Assembly (NCBI GenBank): GCA_964658305.1
Contig: OZ210885.1
Span: 14,570,001-14,634,000, forward strand
Reading direction: 5' to 3'
Origin: Leptogorgia sarmentosa
Lineage: Eukaryota
DNA length: 64,000 nucleotides
In this document: piece after piece, positions 50,001-64,000 of the stretch
How the letters are laid out: every line of letters begins with the position of its first letter
How positions within the stretch are numbered: position 1 is the first letter of the stretch
The notes under the pieces: generated by a model
Database searches by the model: none
What the model saw: only the letters and a program-made list of their open reading frames with translations
What the model was told of the DNA's origin: nothing
Translations under genes and position numbers: made by a program

Positions 50001-53000
50001 AGTGATATACAAAGAAGCAATCTTGTTTTTTTGAGTCATTGACGATGTGGCGGTTAATTTATCTAGGTTGGTTAAATATGATGAAATTTTGCTATAATTT
50101 AACCAACTTCTCTAACATCGTTCATAACAGTGATATACGAAGAAGCAATCTTGTTTTTTTGAGTCATTGACGATGTGGCGGATAATTTATCAAGGTTGGT
50201 TAAATGTGGTGAAATTTTCCTATATTTTAACCAACTGCTCTAACACCCTTCATAACAGTGATATACGAAGAAGAAATCTTGTTTTTTTGAGTCATTGACA
50301 ATGTGGCGTTTAATTTATCAAGGTTGGTTACATTTTGCTATATTTAAACCAACTTCTGTAACACCCTTCATAACAGTGATATATGAAGAAGCAACCTTGT
50401 TTTTTTTAGTCATTGACGATGTGGCATTTAATTTATTAAGGTTGGTTACATTTTACTATATTTAAACCAACTTCTCTAACACCCTTCATGACAGTGATAT
50501 ATGAAGAAGCAATCTTGTTTTTTTGAGTCATTGACGATGTGGCATTTAATTTATCAAGGTTGGTTAAATGTGGGGAAATTTTGCTATAATTTAACCAACT
50601 TCTCTAACACCCTTCATAACAGTGATATATGAAGAAGAAATCTTGTTTTTTTTAGTCATTGACGATGTGGCATTTAATTTATCAAGGTTGGTTACATTTG
50701 GTGAATGTTTGCTATATTTAAACCAACTTCTCTAACACCCTTCATGACAGTGATATATGAAGAAGCAATCTTGTTTTTTTGAGTCATTGACTATGTGGCG
50801 TTTAATTTATCAAGGTTGGTTAAATGTGGTGAAATTTTGCTATAATTTAACCAACTTCTCTAACACCGTTCATAACAGTGATATATGAAGAAGCAACCTT
50901 GTTTTTTTTAGTCATTGACGATGTGGCGTTTAATTTATCAAGGTTGGTTAAATGTGGTGAAATTTTGCTATATTTTAACCAACTTCTCTAACACCCTTAA
51001 TAAGAGTTATATATGAAGAACCAACCTTGTTTTTTTTGAGTCATTGACGATGTGGCGTTTAATTTATCAAGGTTGGTTAAATGTGGTGAAATTTTGCTAT
51101 ATTTTAACCAACTTCTCTAACACCGTTCATAACAGTGATATACGAAGAAGCAATCTTGTTTTTTTGAGTCATTGACGATGTGGCGGTTAATTTAACTAGG
51201 TTGGTTAAATTTTGCTATAATTTAACCAACTTCTCTAACACCCTTCATAACAGTGATAGACGAAGAAGCAATGTTGTTTTTTTGAGTCATTGACGATGTG
51301 GCGGATAATTTATCAAGGTTGGTTAAATGTGGTGAAAGTTTGCTATATTTAAACCAACTTCTCTAACACCGTTCATAACAGTGATATACGAAGAAGCAAT
51401 CTTGTTTTTTTGAGTCATTGACGATGTGGCGGATAATTTATCAAGGTTGGTTAAATATGGTGAAATTTTGCTATCATTTAACCAACTTCTCTAACACCCT
51501 TCATAACAGTGATATATGAAGAAGCAATCTTGTTTTTTTGAGTCATTGACGATGTGGCATTTAATTTATCAAGGTTGGTTAAATGTGGGGAAATTTTGCT
51601 ATAATTTAACCAACTTCTCTAACACCCTTCATAACAGTGATATATGAAGAAGGAATCTTGTTTTCTTTAGTCATTGACGATGTGGCATTTAATTTATCAA
51701 GGTTGGTTACATTTGGTGAAAGTTTGCTATATTTAAACCAACTTCTCTAACACCCTTCATGACAGTGATATATGAAGAAGCAATCTTGTTTTTTTGAGTC
51801 ATTGACGATGTGGCGTTTAATTTATCAAGGTTGGTTAAATGTGGTGAAATTTTCCTATAATTTAACTAACTTCTCTAACACCCTTCATAACAGTGATATA
51901 TGAAGAAGCAACCTTGTTTTTTTTAGTCATTGACGATGTGGCGTTTAATTTATCAAGGTTGGTTAAATGTGGTGAAATTTTGCTATATTTTAACCAACTT
52001 CTCTAACACCCTTAATAAGAGTTATATATGAAGAACCAACCTTGTTTTTTTTTAGTCATTGACGATGTGGCGTTTAATTTATCAAGGTTGGTTAAATGTG
52101 GTGAAATTTTGCTATATTTTAACCAACTTCTCTAACACCCTTAATAAGAGTGATATATGAAGAAGCAAACTCGTTCTTTATAGTCATGTACCGTAATTTA
52201 TCAAGGTTGGTTAAATATGGTGAAATTTTGCTATAATTTAACCAACTTCTCTAACACCGTTCATAACAGTGATATACGAAGAAGCAATCTTGTTTTTTTG
52301 AGTCATTGACAATGTGGCGGTTAATTTAACTAGGTTGGTTAAATTTTGCTATAATTTAACCAACTTCTCTAACACCCTTCATAACAGTGATATACGAAGA
52401 AGCAATCTTGTTTTTTTGAGTCATTGACGATGTGGCGGATAATTTATCAAGGTTGGTTAAATGTGGTGAAAGTTTGCTATATTTAAACCAACTTCTCTAA
52501 CACCGTTCATAACAGTGATATACGAAGAAGCAATCTTGTTTTTTTGAGTCATTGACAATGTGGCGGATAATTTATCAAGGTTGGTTAAATATGGTGAAAT
52601 TTTGCTATAATTTAACCAACTTCTCTAACACCGTTCATAACAGTGATATACAAAGAAGCAATCTTGTTTTTTTGAGTCATTGACGATGTGGCGGTTAATT
52701 TATCTAGGTTGGTTAAATATGATGAAATTTTGCTATATTTTAACCAACTTCTCTAACACCCTTAATAAGAGTGATATATGAAGAAGCAAACTCGTTCTTT
52801 ATAGTCATGTACCATGTAGCGTAATTTATCAAGGTTGGTTAGATATGGTGAAATTTTCCTATAATTTAACCAACTTCTCTAACACCCTTCATAACAGTGA
52901 TATACGAAGAAGAAATCTTGTTTTTTTTGAGACAATGTGGCGTTTAATTTATCAACGTTGGTTAAATGTGGTGTAATTTTGCTATAATTTAACCAACTTC

Positions 53001-56000
53001 TCTAACACCCTTCATAACAGTGATATATGAAGAAGCAACCTTGTTTTTTTTAGTCATTGACGATGTGGCATTTAATTTATCAAGGTTGGTTACATTTGGT
53101 GAAATTTTGCTATATTTAAACCAACTTCTCTAACACCCTTCATGACAGTGATATATGAAGAAGCAATCTTGTTTTTTTGAGTCATTCACTATGTGGCGTT
53201 TAATTTATCAAGGTTGGTTAAATGTGGGGAAATTTTGCTATAATTTAACCAACTTCTCTAACACCCTTCATAACAGTGATATATGAAGAAGGAATCTTGT
53301 TTTTTTGAGTCATTGACGATGTGGCGTTTAATTTATCAAGGTTCGTTAAATATGGTGAAATTTTGCTATAATTTAACTAACTTCGCTAACACCCTTCATA
53401 ACAGTGATATATAAAGAAGCAACCTTGTTTTTTTTAGTGATTGACGATGTGGCGTTTAATTTATCAAGGTTGGTTAAATGTGGTGAAATTTTGCTATATT
53501 TTAACCAACTTCTCTAACACCCTTAATAAGAGTTATATATGAAGAAGCAACCTTGTTTTTTTTGAGTCATTGAGGATGTGGCGTTTAATTTTTCAAGGTA
53601 GGTGAAATTTTGCTATAATTTAACTAACTTCTCTAACACCCTTCATAACAGTGATATATGAAGAAGCAACCTTGTTTTTTTTAGTCATTGACGATGTGGC
53701 GTTTAATTTATCAAGGTTGGTTAAATGTGGTGAAATTTTGCTATATTTTAACCAACTTCTCTAACACCCTTAATAAGAGTTATATATGAAGAAGCAACCT
53801 TGTTTTTTTGGAGTCATTGACGATGTGGCGTTTAATTTATCAAGGTTGGTTAAATGTGGTGAAATTTTGCTATATTTTAACCAACTTCTCTAACACCATT
53901 AATAAGAGTGATATATGAAGAAGCAAACTCGTTCTTTATATTCATGTACCATGTCGCGTAATTTATCAAGGTTGGTTAAATGTGGTGAAAGTTTGCTATA
54001 TTTAAACCAACTTCTCTAACACCGTTCATAACAGTGATATACGAAGAAGCAATCTTGTTTTTTTGAGTCATTGACGATGTGGCGTTTAATTTATCAAGGT
54101 TCGTTAAATATGGTGAAATTTTGCTATAACTTAACTAACTTCTCTAACACCCTTCATAACAGTGATATATAAAGAAGCAACCTTGTTTTTTTTAGTGATT
54201 GACGATGTGGCGTTTAATTTATCAAGGTTGGTTAAATGTGGTGAAATTTTGCCATATTTTAACCAACTTTTCTAACACCCTTAATAAGAGTTATATATGA
54301 AGAAGCAACCTTGTTTTTTTTGAGTCATTGAGGATGTGGCGTTTAATTTTTCAAGGTAGGTGAAATTTTGCTATAATTTAACTAACTTCTCTAACACCCT
54401 TCATAACACTGATATATGAAGAAGCAACCTTGTTTTTTTTTAGTCATTGACGATGTGGCGTTTAATTTATCAAGGTTGGTTAAATGTGGTGAAATTTTGC
54501 TATATTTTAACCAACTTCTCTAACACCCTTAATAAGAGTTATATATGAAGAAGCAACCTTGTTTTTTTGGAGTCATTGACGATGTGGCGTTTAATTTATC
54601 AAGGTTGGTTAAATGTGGTGAAATTTTGCTATATTTTAACAAACTTCTCTAACACCCTTCATGACAGTGATATATGAAGAAGTAATCTTGTTTTTTTGAG
54701 TCATTAACGATGTGGCGTTTAATTTATCAAGGTTGGTTAAATGTGGTGAAATTTTGCTATATTTTAACCAACTTCTCTAACACCATTAATAAGAGTGATA
54801 TATGAAGAAGCAAACTCGTTCTTTATAGTCATGTACCATGTCGCGTAATTTATCAAGGTTGGTTAAATGTGGTGAAAGTTTGCTATATTTAAACCAACTT
54901 CTCTAACACCGTTCATAACAGTGATATACGAAGAAGCAATCTTGTTTTTTTGAGTCATTGACGATGTGGCGGATAATTTATCAAGGTTGGTTAAATATGG
55001 TGAAATTTTGCTCTAATTTAACCAACTTCTCTAACACCGTTCATAACAGTGATATACAAAGAAGCAATCTTGTTTTTTTGAGTCATTGACGATGTGGCGG
55101 TTAATTTATCTAGGTTGGTTAAATATGATGAAATTTTGCTATAATTTAACCAACTTCTCTAACATCGTTCATAACAGTGATATACGAAGAAGCAATCTTG
55201 TTTTTTTGAGTCATTGACGATGTGGCGGATAATTTATCAAGGTTGGTTAAATGTGGTGAAATTTTCCTATATTTTAACCAACTGCTCTAACACCCTTCAT
55301 AACAGTGATATACGAAGAAGAAATCTTGTTTTTTTGAGTCATTGACAATGTGGCGTTTAATTTATCAAGGTTGGTTACATTTTGCTATATTTAAACCAAC
55401 TTCTGTAACACCCTTCATAACAGTGATATATGAAGAAGCAACCTTGTTTTTTTTAGTCATTGACGATGTGGCATTTAATTTATTAAGGTTGGTTACATTT
55501 GGTGAAATTTTGCTATAATTTAACCAACTTCTCTAACACCCTTCATAACAGTGAAATACGAAGAAGAAATCTTGTTTTTTTTGAGTCATTGACAATGTGG
55601 CGGATAATTTATCAAGGTTGGTTAAATATGGTGAAATTTTCCTATAATTTAACCAACTTCTCTAACACCCTTCATAACAGTGATATACGAAGAAGAAATC
55701 TTCTTTTTTTGAGTCATTGACAATGTGGCGTTTAATTTATCAAGGTTGGTTAAATGTGGTGTAATTTTGCTATCATTTAACCAACTTCTCTAACACCCTT
55801 CATAACAGTGATATATGAAGAAGCAACCTTGTTTTTTTTAGTCATTGACGATGTGGCATTTAATTTATTAAGGTTGGTTACATTTGGTGAAATTTTGCTA
55901 TAATTTAACCAACTTCTCTAACACCCTTCATAACAGTGATATACGAAGAAGAAATCTTGTTTTTTTTGAGTCATTGACAATGTGGCGGATAATTTATCAA

Positions 56001-59000
56001 GGTTGGTTAAATATGGTGAAATTTTCCTATAATTTAACCAACTTCTCTAACACCCTTCATAACAGTGATATACGAAGAAGAAATCTTCTTTTTTTGAGTC
56101 ATTGACAATGTGGCGTTTAATTTATCAAGGTTGGTTAAATGTGGTGTAATTTTGCTATCATTTAACCAACTTCTCTAACATCCATCATAACAGTGATATA
56201 TGAAAAAGCAACCTTGTTTTTTTTAGTCATTGACGATGTGGCATTTAATTTATCAAGGTTGGTTACATTTGGTGAAATTTTGCTATATTTAAACCAACTT
56301 CTCTAACACCCTTCATGACAGTGATATAGGAAGAAGCAATCTTGTTTTTTTTAGTCATTGACGATGTGGCATTTAATTTATCAAGGTTGGTTAAATGTGG
56401 GGAAATTTTGCTATAATTTAACCAACTTCTCTAACACCCTTCATAACAGTGATATATGAAGAAGGAATCTTGTTTTTTTGAGTCATTGACGATGTGGCGT
56501 TTAATTTATCAAGGTTCGTTAAATATGGTGAAATTTTGCTATAATTTAACTAACTTCTCTAACACCCTTCATAACAGTGATATATAAAGAAGCAACCTTG
56601 TTTTTTTTAGTGATTGACGATGTGGCGTTTAATTTATCAAGGTTGGTTAAATGTGGTGAAATTTTGCTATATTTTAACCAACTTCTCTAACACCCTTAAT
56701 AAGAGTTATATATGAAGAAGCAACCTTGTTTTTTTTAGTCATTGACGATGTGGCGTTTAATTTATCAAGGTTGGTGAAATTTTGCTATAATTTAACTGAC
56801 TTCTCTAACACCCTTCATAACAGTGATATATGAAAAAGCAACCTTGTTTTTTTTAGTCATTGACGATGTGGCGTTTAATTTATCAAAGTTGGTTAAATGT
56901 GGTGAAATTTTCCTATATTTTAACCAACTTCTCTAACACCCTTAATAAGAGTTATATATGAAGAAGCAACCTTGTTTTTTTTGAGTCATTGACGATGTGG
57001 CGTTTAATTTATCAAGGTTGGTTAAATGTGGTGAAATTTTGCTATATTTTAACCAACTTCTCTAACACCCTTCATGACAGTGATATATGAAGAAGTAATC
57101 TTGTTTTTTTGAGTCATTGACGATGTGGCGTTTAATTTATCAAGGTTGGTTAAATGTGGTGAAATTTTGCTATATTTTAACCAACTTCTCTAACACCCTT
57201 AATAAGAGTGATATATGAAGAAGCAAACTCGTTCTTTATAGTCATGTACCATGTAGCGTAATTTATCAAGGTTGGTTAAATGTGGTGAAAGTTTGCTATA
57301 TTTAAACCAACTTCTCTAACACCGTTCATAACAGTGATATATGAAGAAGCAATCTTGTTTTTTTGAGTCATTGACGATGTGGCGGATAATTTATCAAGGT
57401 TGGTTAAATATGGTGAAATTTTGCTATAATTTAACCAACTTCTCTAACACCGTTCATAACAGCGATATACGAAGAAGCAATCTTGTTTTTTTGAGTCATT
57501 GACAATGTGGCGTTTAATTTATCAAGGTTGGTTAAATGTGGTGTAATTTTGCTATCATTTAACCAACTTCTCTAACACCCTTCATAACAGTGATATATGA
57601 AGAAGCAATCTTGTTTTTTTGAGTCATTGACGATGTGGCATTTAATTTATCAAGGTTGGTTAAATGTGGGGAAATTTTGCTATAATTTAACCAACTTCTC
57701 TAACACCCTTCATAACAGTGATATATGAAGAAGGAATCTTGTTTTCTTTAGTCATTGACGATGTGGCATTTAATTTATCAAGGTTGGTTACATTTGGTGA
57801 AAGTTTGCTATATTTAAACCAACTTCTCTAACACCCTTCATGACAGTGATATATGAAGAAGCAATTTTGTTTTTTTGAGTCATTGACGATGTGGCGTTTA
57901 ATTTATCAAGGTTGGTTAAATGTGGTGAAATTTTCCTATAATTTAACTAACTTCTCTAACACCCTTCATAACAGTGATATATGAAGAAGCAACCTTGTTT
58001 TTTTTAGTCATTGACGATGTGGCGTTTAATTTATCAAGGTTGGTTAAATGTGGTGAAATTTTGCTATATTTTAACCAACTTCTCTAACACCCTTAATAAG
58101 AGTTATATATGAAGAACCAACCTTGTTTTTTTTTAGTCATTGACGATGTGGCGTTTAATTTATCAAGGTTGGTTAAATGTGGTGAAATTTTGCTATATTT
58201 TAACCAACTTCTCTAACACCCTTAATAAGAGTGATATATGAAGAAGCAAACTCGTTCTTTATAGTCATGTACCGTAATTTATCAAGGTTGGTTAAATATG
58301 GTGAAATTTTGCTATAATTTAACCAACTTCTCTAACACCGTTCATAACAGTGATTTACGAAGAAGCAATCTTGTTTTTTTGAGTCATTGACAATGTGGCG
58401 GTTAATTTAACTAGGTTGGTTAAATTTTGCTATAATTTAACCAACTTCTCTAACACCCTTCATAACAGTGATATACGAAGAAGCAATCTTGTTTTTTTGA
58501 GTCATTGACGATGTGGCGGATAATTTATCAAGGTTGGTTAAATGTGGTGAAAGTTTGCTATATTTAAACCAACTTCTCTAACACCGTTCATAACAGTGAT
58601 ATACGAAGAAGCAATCTTGTTTTTTTGAGTCATTGACGATGTGGCGGATAATTTATCAAGGTTGGTTAAATATGGTGAAATTTTGCTATAATTTAACCAA
58701 CTTCTCTAACACCGTTCATAACAGTGATATACAAAGAAGCAATCTTGTTTTTTTGAGTCATTGACGATGTGGCGGTTAATTTATCTAGGTTGGTTAAATA
58801 TGATGAAATTTTGCTATAATTTAACCAACTTCTCTAACACCGTTCATAACAGTGATATACGAAGAAGCAATCTTGTTTTTTTGAGTCATTGACGATGTGG
58901 CGGATAATTTATCAAGGTTGGTTAAATGTGGTGTAATTTTGCTATCATTTAACCAACTTCTCTAACACCCTTCATAACAATGATATATGAAGAAGCAACT

Positions 59001-62000
59001 TTGTTTTTTTTAGTCATTGACGATGCGGCATTTAATTTATCAAGGTTGGTTAAATTTTGCTATATTTAAACCAACTTCTCTAACACCCTTCATGACAGTG
59101 ATATATGAAGAAGCAACCTTGTTTTTTTAAGTCATTGACGATGTGGTGTTTAATTTATGAAGGTTGGTTAAATGTGATGAAATTTTGCTATATTTTAAAC
59201 AACTTCTCTAACACCCTTAATAAGAGTTATATATGAAGAAGCAACCTTGTTTTTTTTTAGTCATTGACGATGTGGCGTTTAATTTATCAAGGTTGGTTAA
59301 ATGTGGTGAAATTTTGCTATAATTTAACTAACTTCTCCAACACCCTTCATAACAGTGATATATAAAGAAGCAACCTTGTTTTTTTTAGTGATTGACGATG
59401 TGGCGTTTAATTTATCAAGGTTGGTTAAATACGGTGAAATTTTGCAATATTTTAACCAACTTCTCTAACACCCTTAATAAGAGTTATATATGAAGCAACC
59501 TTGTTTTTTTTTTAGTCATTGACGATGTGGCGTTTAATTTATCAAGGTTGGTTAAATGTGGTGAAATTTTTCTATAATTTAACTAACTTCTCTAACACCC
59601 TTCATAACAGTGATATATGAAGAAGGAACCTTGTTTTTTTTAGTCATTGACGACATGGCATTTAATTTATCAAGGTTGGTTAAATTTCGTGAAATTTTGC
59701 TATATTTTAACCAACTTCTCTAACACCCTTAATAAGAGTGATATATGAAGAAGCAAACTCGTTCTTTATAGTCATGTACCACGTAGCGTAATTTATCAAG
59801 GTTGGTTAAATGTGGTGAAAGTTTGCTATATTTAAACCAACTTCTCTAACACCGTTCATAACAGTGATATACGAAGAAGCAATCTTGTTTTTTTGAGTCA
59901 TTGACGATGTGGCGGATAATTTATCAAGGTTGGTTAAATATGGTGAAATTTTGCTATAATTTAACCAACTTATCTAACACCGTTCATAACAGTGATATAC
60001 GAAGAAGCAATCTTGTTTTTTTGAGTCATTGACGATGTGGCGTTTAATTTATCAAGGTTGGTTAAATGTGGTGAAATTTTGCTATAATTCAACCAACTTC
60101 TCTAACACCCTTCATAACAGTGATATATGAAGAAGCAATCTTATTTTTTTGAGTCATTGACGATGTGGCGGTTAATTTATCTAGGTTGGTTGAATATGAT
60201 GAAATTTTGCTATATTTTAACCAACTTCTCTAACACCCTTAATAAGAGTGATATATAAAGAAGCAAACTCGTTCTTTATAGTCATGTACCATGTAGCGTA
60301 ATTTATCAAGGTTGGTTAGATATGGTGAAATTTTCCTATAATTTAACCAACTTCTCTAACACCCTTCATAACAGTGATATACGAAGAAGAAATGTTGTTT
60401 TTTTTTAGACAATGTGGCGTTTAATTTATCAAGGTTGGTTAAATGTGGTGTAATTTTGCTATCATTTAACCAACTTCTCTAACACCCTTCATAACAGTGA
60501 TATATGAAGAAGCAACCTTGTTTTTTTTAGTCATTGACGATGTGGCATTTAATTTATCAAGGTTGGTTACATTTGGTGAAATTTTGCTATATTTAAACCA
60601 ACTTCTCTAACACCCTTCATGACAGTGATATATGAAGAAGCAATCTTGTTTTTTTGAGTCATTCACTATGTGGCGTTTAATTTATCAAGGTTGGTTAAAT
60701 GTGGGGAAATTTTGCTATAATTTAACCAACTTCTCTAACACCCTTCATAACAGTGATATATGAAGAAGGAATCTTGTTTTTTTGAGTCATTGACGATGTG
60801 GCGTTTAATTTATCAAGGTTCGTTAAATATGGTGAAATTTTGCTATAATTTAACTAACTTCGCTAACACCCTTCATAACAGTGATATATAAAGAAGCAAC
60901 CTTGTTTTTTTTAGTGATTGACGATGTGGCGTTTAATTTATCAAGGTTGGTTAAATGTGGTGAAATTTTGCTATATTTTAACCAACTTCTCTAACACCCT
61001 TAATAAGAGTTATATATGAAGAAGCAACCTTGTTTTTTTTTAGTCATTGAGGATGTGGCGTTTAATTTTTCAAGGTAGGTGAAATTTTGCTATAATTTAA
61101 CTAACTTCTCTAACACCCTTCATAACAGTGATATATGAAGAAGCAACCTTGTTTTTTTTAGTCATTGACGATGTGGCGTTTAATTTATCAAGGTTGGTTA
61201 AATGTGGTGAAATTTTGCTATATTTTAACCAACTTCTCTAACACCCTTAATAAGAGTTATATATGAAGAAGCAACCTTGTTTTTTTGGAGTCATTGACGA
61301 TGTGGCGTTTAATTTATCAAGGTTGGTTAAATGTGGTGAAATTTTGCTATATTTTAACCAACTTCTCTAACACCATTAATAAGAGTGATATATGAAGAAG
61401 CAAACTCGTTCTTTATAGTCATGTACCATGTCGCGTAATTTATCAAGGTTGGTTAAATGTGGTGAAAGTTTGCTATATTTAAACCAACTTCTCTAACACA
61501 GTTCATAACAGTGATATACGAAGAAGCAATCTTGTTTTTTTGAGTCATTGACGATGTGGCGTTTAATTTATCAAGGTTCGTTAAATATGGTGAAATTTTG
61601 CTATAACTTAACTAACTTCTCTAACACCCTTCATAACAGTGATATATAAAGAAGCAACCTTGTTTTTTTTAGTGATTGACGATGTGGCGTTTAATTTATC
61701 AAGGTTGGTTAAATGTGGTGAAATTTTGCCATATTTTAACCAACTTTTCTAACACCCTTAATAAGAGTTATATATGAAGAAGCAACCTTGTTTTTTTTGA
61801 GTCATTGAGGATGTGGCGTTTAATTTTTCAAGGTAGGTGAAATTTTGCTATAATTTAACTAACTTCTCTAACACCCTTCATAACAGTGATATATGAAGAA
61901 GCAACGTTGTTTTTTTTAGTCATTGACGATGTGGCGTTTAATTTATCAAGGTTGGTTAAATGTGGTGAAATTTTGCTATATTTTAACCAACTTCTCTAAC

Positions 62001-64000
62001 ACCCTTAATAAGAGTTATATATGAAGAAGCAACCTTGTTTTTTTGGAGTCATTGACGATGTGGCGTTTAATTTATCAAGGTTGGTTAAATGTGGTGAAAT
62101 TTTGCTATATTTTAACCAACTTCTCTAACACCCTTCATGACAGTGATATATGAAGAAGTAATCTTGTTTTTTTGAGTCATTAACGATGTGGCGTTTAATT
62201 TATCAAGGTTGGTTAAATGTGGTGAAATTTTGCTATATTTTAACCAACTTCTCTAACACCATTAATAAGAGTGATATATGAAGAAGAAATCTTGTTTTTT
62301 TGAGTCATTGACAATGTGGCGTTTAATTTATCAAGGTTGGTTACATTTTGCTATATTTAAACCAACTTCTGTAACACCCTTCATAACAGTGATATATGAA
62401 GGAGCAACCTTGTTTTTTTTAGTCATTGACGATGTGGCATTTAATTTATTAAGGTTGGTTACATTTTACTATATTTAAACCAACTTCTCTAACACCCTTC
62501 ATGACAGTGATATATGAAGAAGCAATCTTGTTTTTTTGAGTCATTGACGATGTGGCATTTAATTTATCAAGGTAGGTTAAATGTGGGGAAATTTTGCTAT
62601 AATTTAACCAACTTCTCTAACACCCTTCATAACAGTGATATAAGAAGAAGAAATCTTGTTTTTTTTAGTCATTGACGATGTGGCATTTAATTTATCAAGG
62701 TTGGTTACATTTGGTGAATGTTTGCTATATTTAAACCAACTTCTCTAACACCCTTCATGACAGTGATATATGAAGAAGCAATCTTGTTTTTTTGAGTCAT
62801 TGACTATGTGGCGTTTAATTTATCAAGGTTGGTTAAATGTGGTGAAATTTTGCTATAATTTAACCAACTTCTCTAACACCGTTCATAACAGTGATATATG
62901 AAGAAGCAACCTTGTTTTTTTTAGTCATTGACGATGTGGCGTTTAATTTATCAAGGTTGGTTAAATGTGGTGAAATTTTGCTATATTTTAACCAACTTCT
63001 CTAACACCCTTAATAAGAGTTATATATGAAGAACCAACCTTGTTTTTTTTGAGTCATTGACGATGTGGCGTTTAATTTATCAAGGTTGGTTAAATGTGGT
63101 GAAACTTTGCTATATTTTAACCAACTTCTCTAACACCGTTCATAACAGTGATATACGAAGAAGCAATCTTGTTTTTTTGAGTCATTGACGATGTGGCGGT
63201 TAATTTAACTAGGTTGGTTAAATTTTGCTATAATTTAACCAACTTCTCTAACACCCTTCATAACAGTGATATACGAAGAAGCAATGTTGTTTTTTTGAGT
63301 CATTGACGATGTGGCGGATAATTTATCAAGGTTGGTTAAATGTGGTGAAAGTTTGCTATATTTAAACCAACTTCTCTAACACCGTTCATAACAGTGATAT
63401 ACGAAGAAGCAATCTTGTTTTTTTGAGTCATTGACGATGTGGCGGATAATTTATCAAGGTTGGTTAAATATGGTGAAATTTTGCTATCATTTAACCAACT
63501 TCTCTAACACCCTTCATAACAGTGATATATGAAGCAGCAATCTTGTTTTTTTGAGTCATTGACGATGTGGCATTTAATTTATCAAGGTTGGTTAAATGTG
63601 GGGAAATTTTGCTATAATTTAACCAACTTCTCTAACACCCTTCATAACAGTGATATATGAAGAAGGAATCTTGTTTTCTTTAGTCATTGACGATGTGGCA
63701 TTTAATTTATCAAGGTTGGTTACATTTGGTGAAAGTTTGCTATATTTAAACCAACTTCTCTAACACCCTTCATGACAGTGATATATGAAGAAGCAATCTT
63801 GTTTTTTTGAGTCATTGACGATGTGGCGTTTAATTTATCAAGGTTGGTTAAATGTGGTGAAATTTTCCTATAATTTAACTAACTTCTCTAACACCCTTCA
63901 TAACAGTGATATATGAAGAAGCAACCTTGTTTTTTTTAATCATTGACGATGTGGCGTTTAATTTATCAAGGTTGGTTAAATGTGGTGAAATTTTGCTATA
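29083..64000. repeat. Satellite DNA array, ~128-bp monomer, roughly 270-280 copies, continuing past the window end
   Basis: Consensus GTCATTGACGATGTGGCGTTTAATTTATCAAGGTTGGTTAAATGTGGTGAAATTTTGCTATAATTTAACCAACTTCTCTAACACCCTTCATAACAGTGATATATGAAGAAGCAACCTTGTTTTTTTGA (128 nt). Monomers are head-to-tail in one orientation, and I saw no interrupting sequence. Variants of 118 bp and 129 bp recur. Confidence 0.98.

Noticed and set aside
30255..62478. Repeated 66-86 aa ORFs (MVKFCYNLTNFSNTLHNSDIRRR...)
   Set aside because: These are chance read-through in satellite monomers where the T-run length gives 129 bp. Neighbouring monomers have stops and frameshifts.
29083..64000. CRISPR-like array
   Set aside because: The whole 128-bp unit is repeated with no unique spacers, there are no cas genes, and the context is eukaryotic.

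Overview
This is AT-rich eukaryotic (metazoan) DNA with GT-AG introns. The repeat families resemble those of cnidarians and other marine invertebrates (inference). The left ~29 kb is a mosaic of transposons. It holds a Tc1-like transposase fragment (1-327, minus), a decayed CR1/L2-group LINE with an esterase ORF1 (~1.4-6.0 kb), a full-length but mutated Ty3/Gypsy element (17433-23560) and several MITEs with readable TIRs/TSDs, some nested three deep. Between these, and mostly invisible in the ORF track, are two spliced plus-strand genes rebuilt by hand. Gene 1 (5991-14787) joins the C-terminal part of an HMGXB3-like/KDZ (Kyakuja-Dileera-Zisupton) transposase in frame to a complete USP (C19) deubiquitinase domain, followed by a Ulp1/SENP (C48) protease domain. 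Gene 2 (~24659-29052) encodes an NRF1/EWG-like PxWWP domain, a vertnin-type OTU-like protease and a PWWP3A/MUM1 C-terminal-like domain. Three different ubiquitin/SUMO isopeptidase families next to a KDZ transposase suggest a large intron-containing DNA transposon with de-conjugating cargo (hypothesis). The right 35 kb (~29083-64000) is a ~128-bp satellite array with internal dyads and irregular higher-order block duplications. It starts ~30 bp after the predicted stop codon of gene 2. All family assignments come from motif recognition, not database searches.
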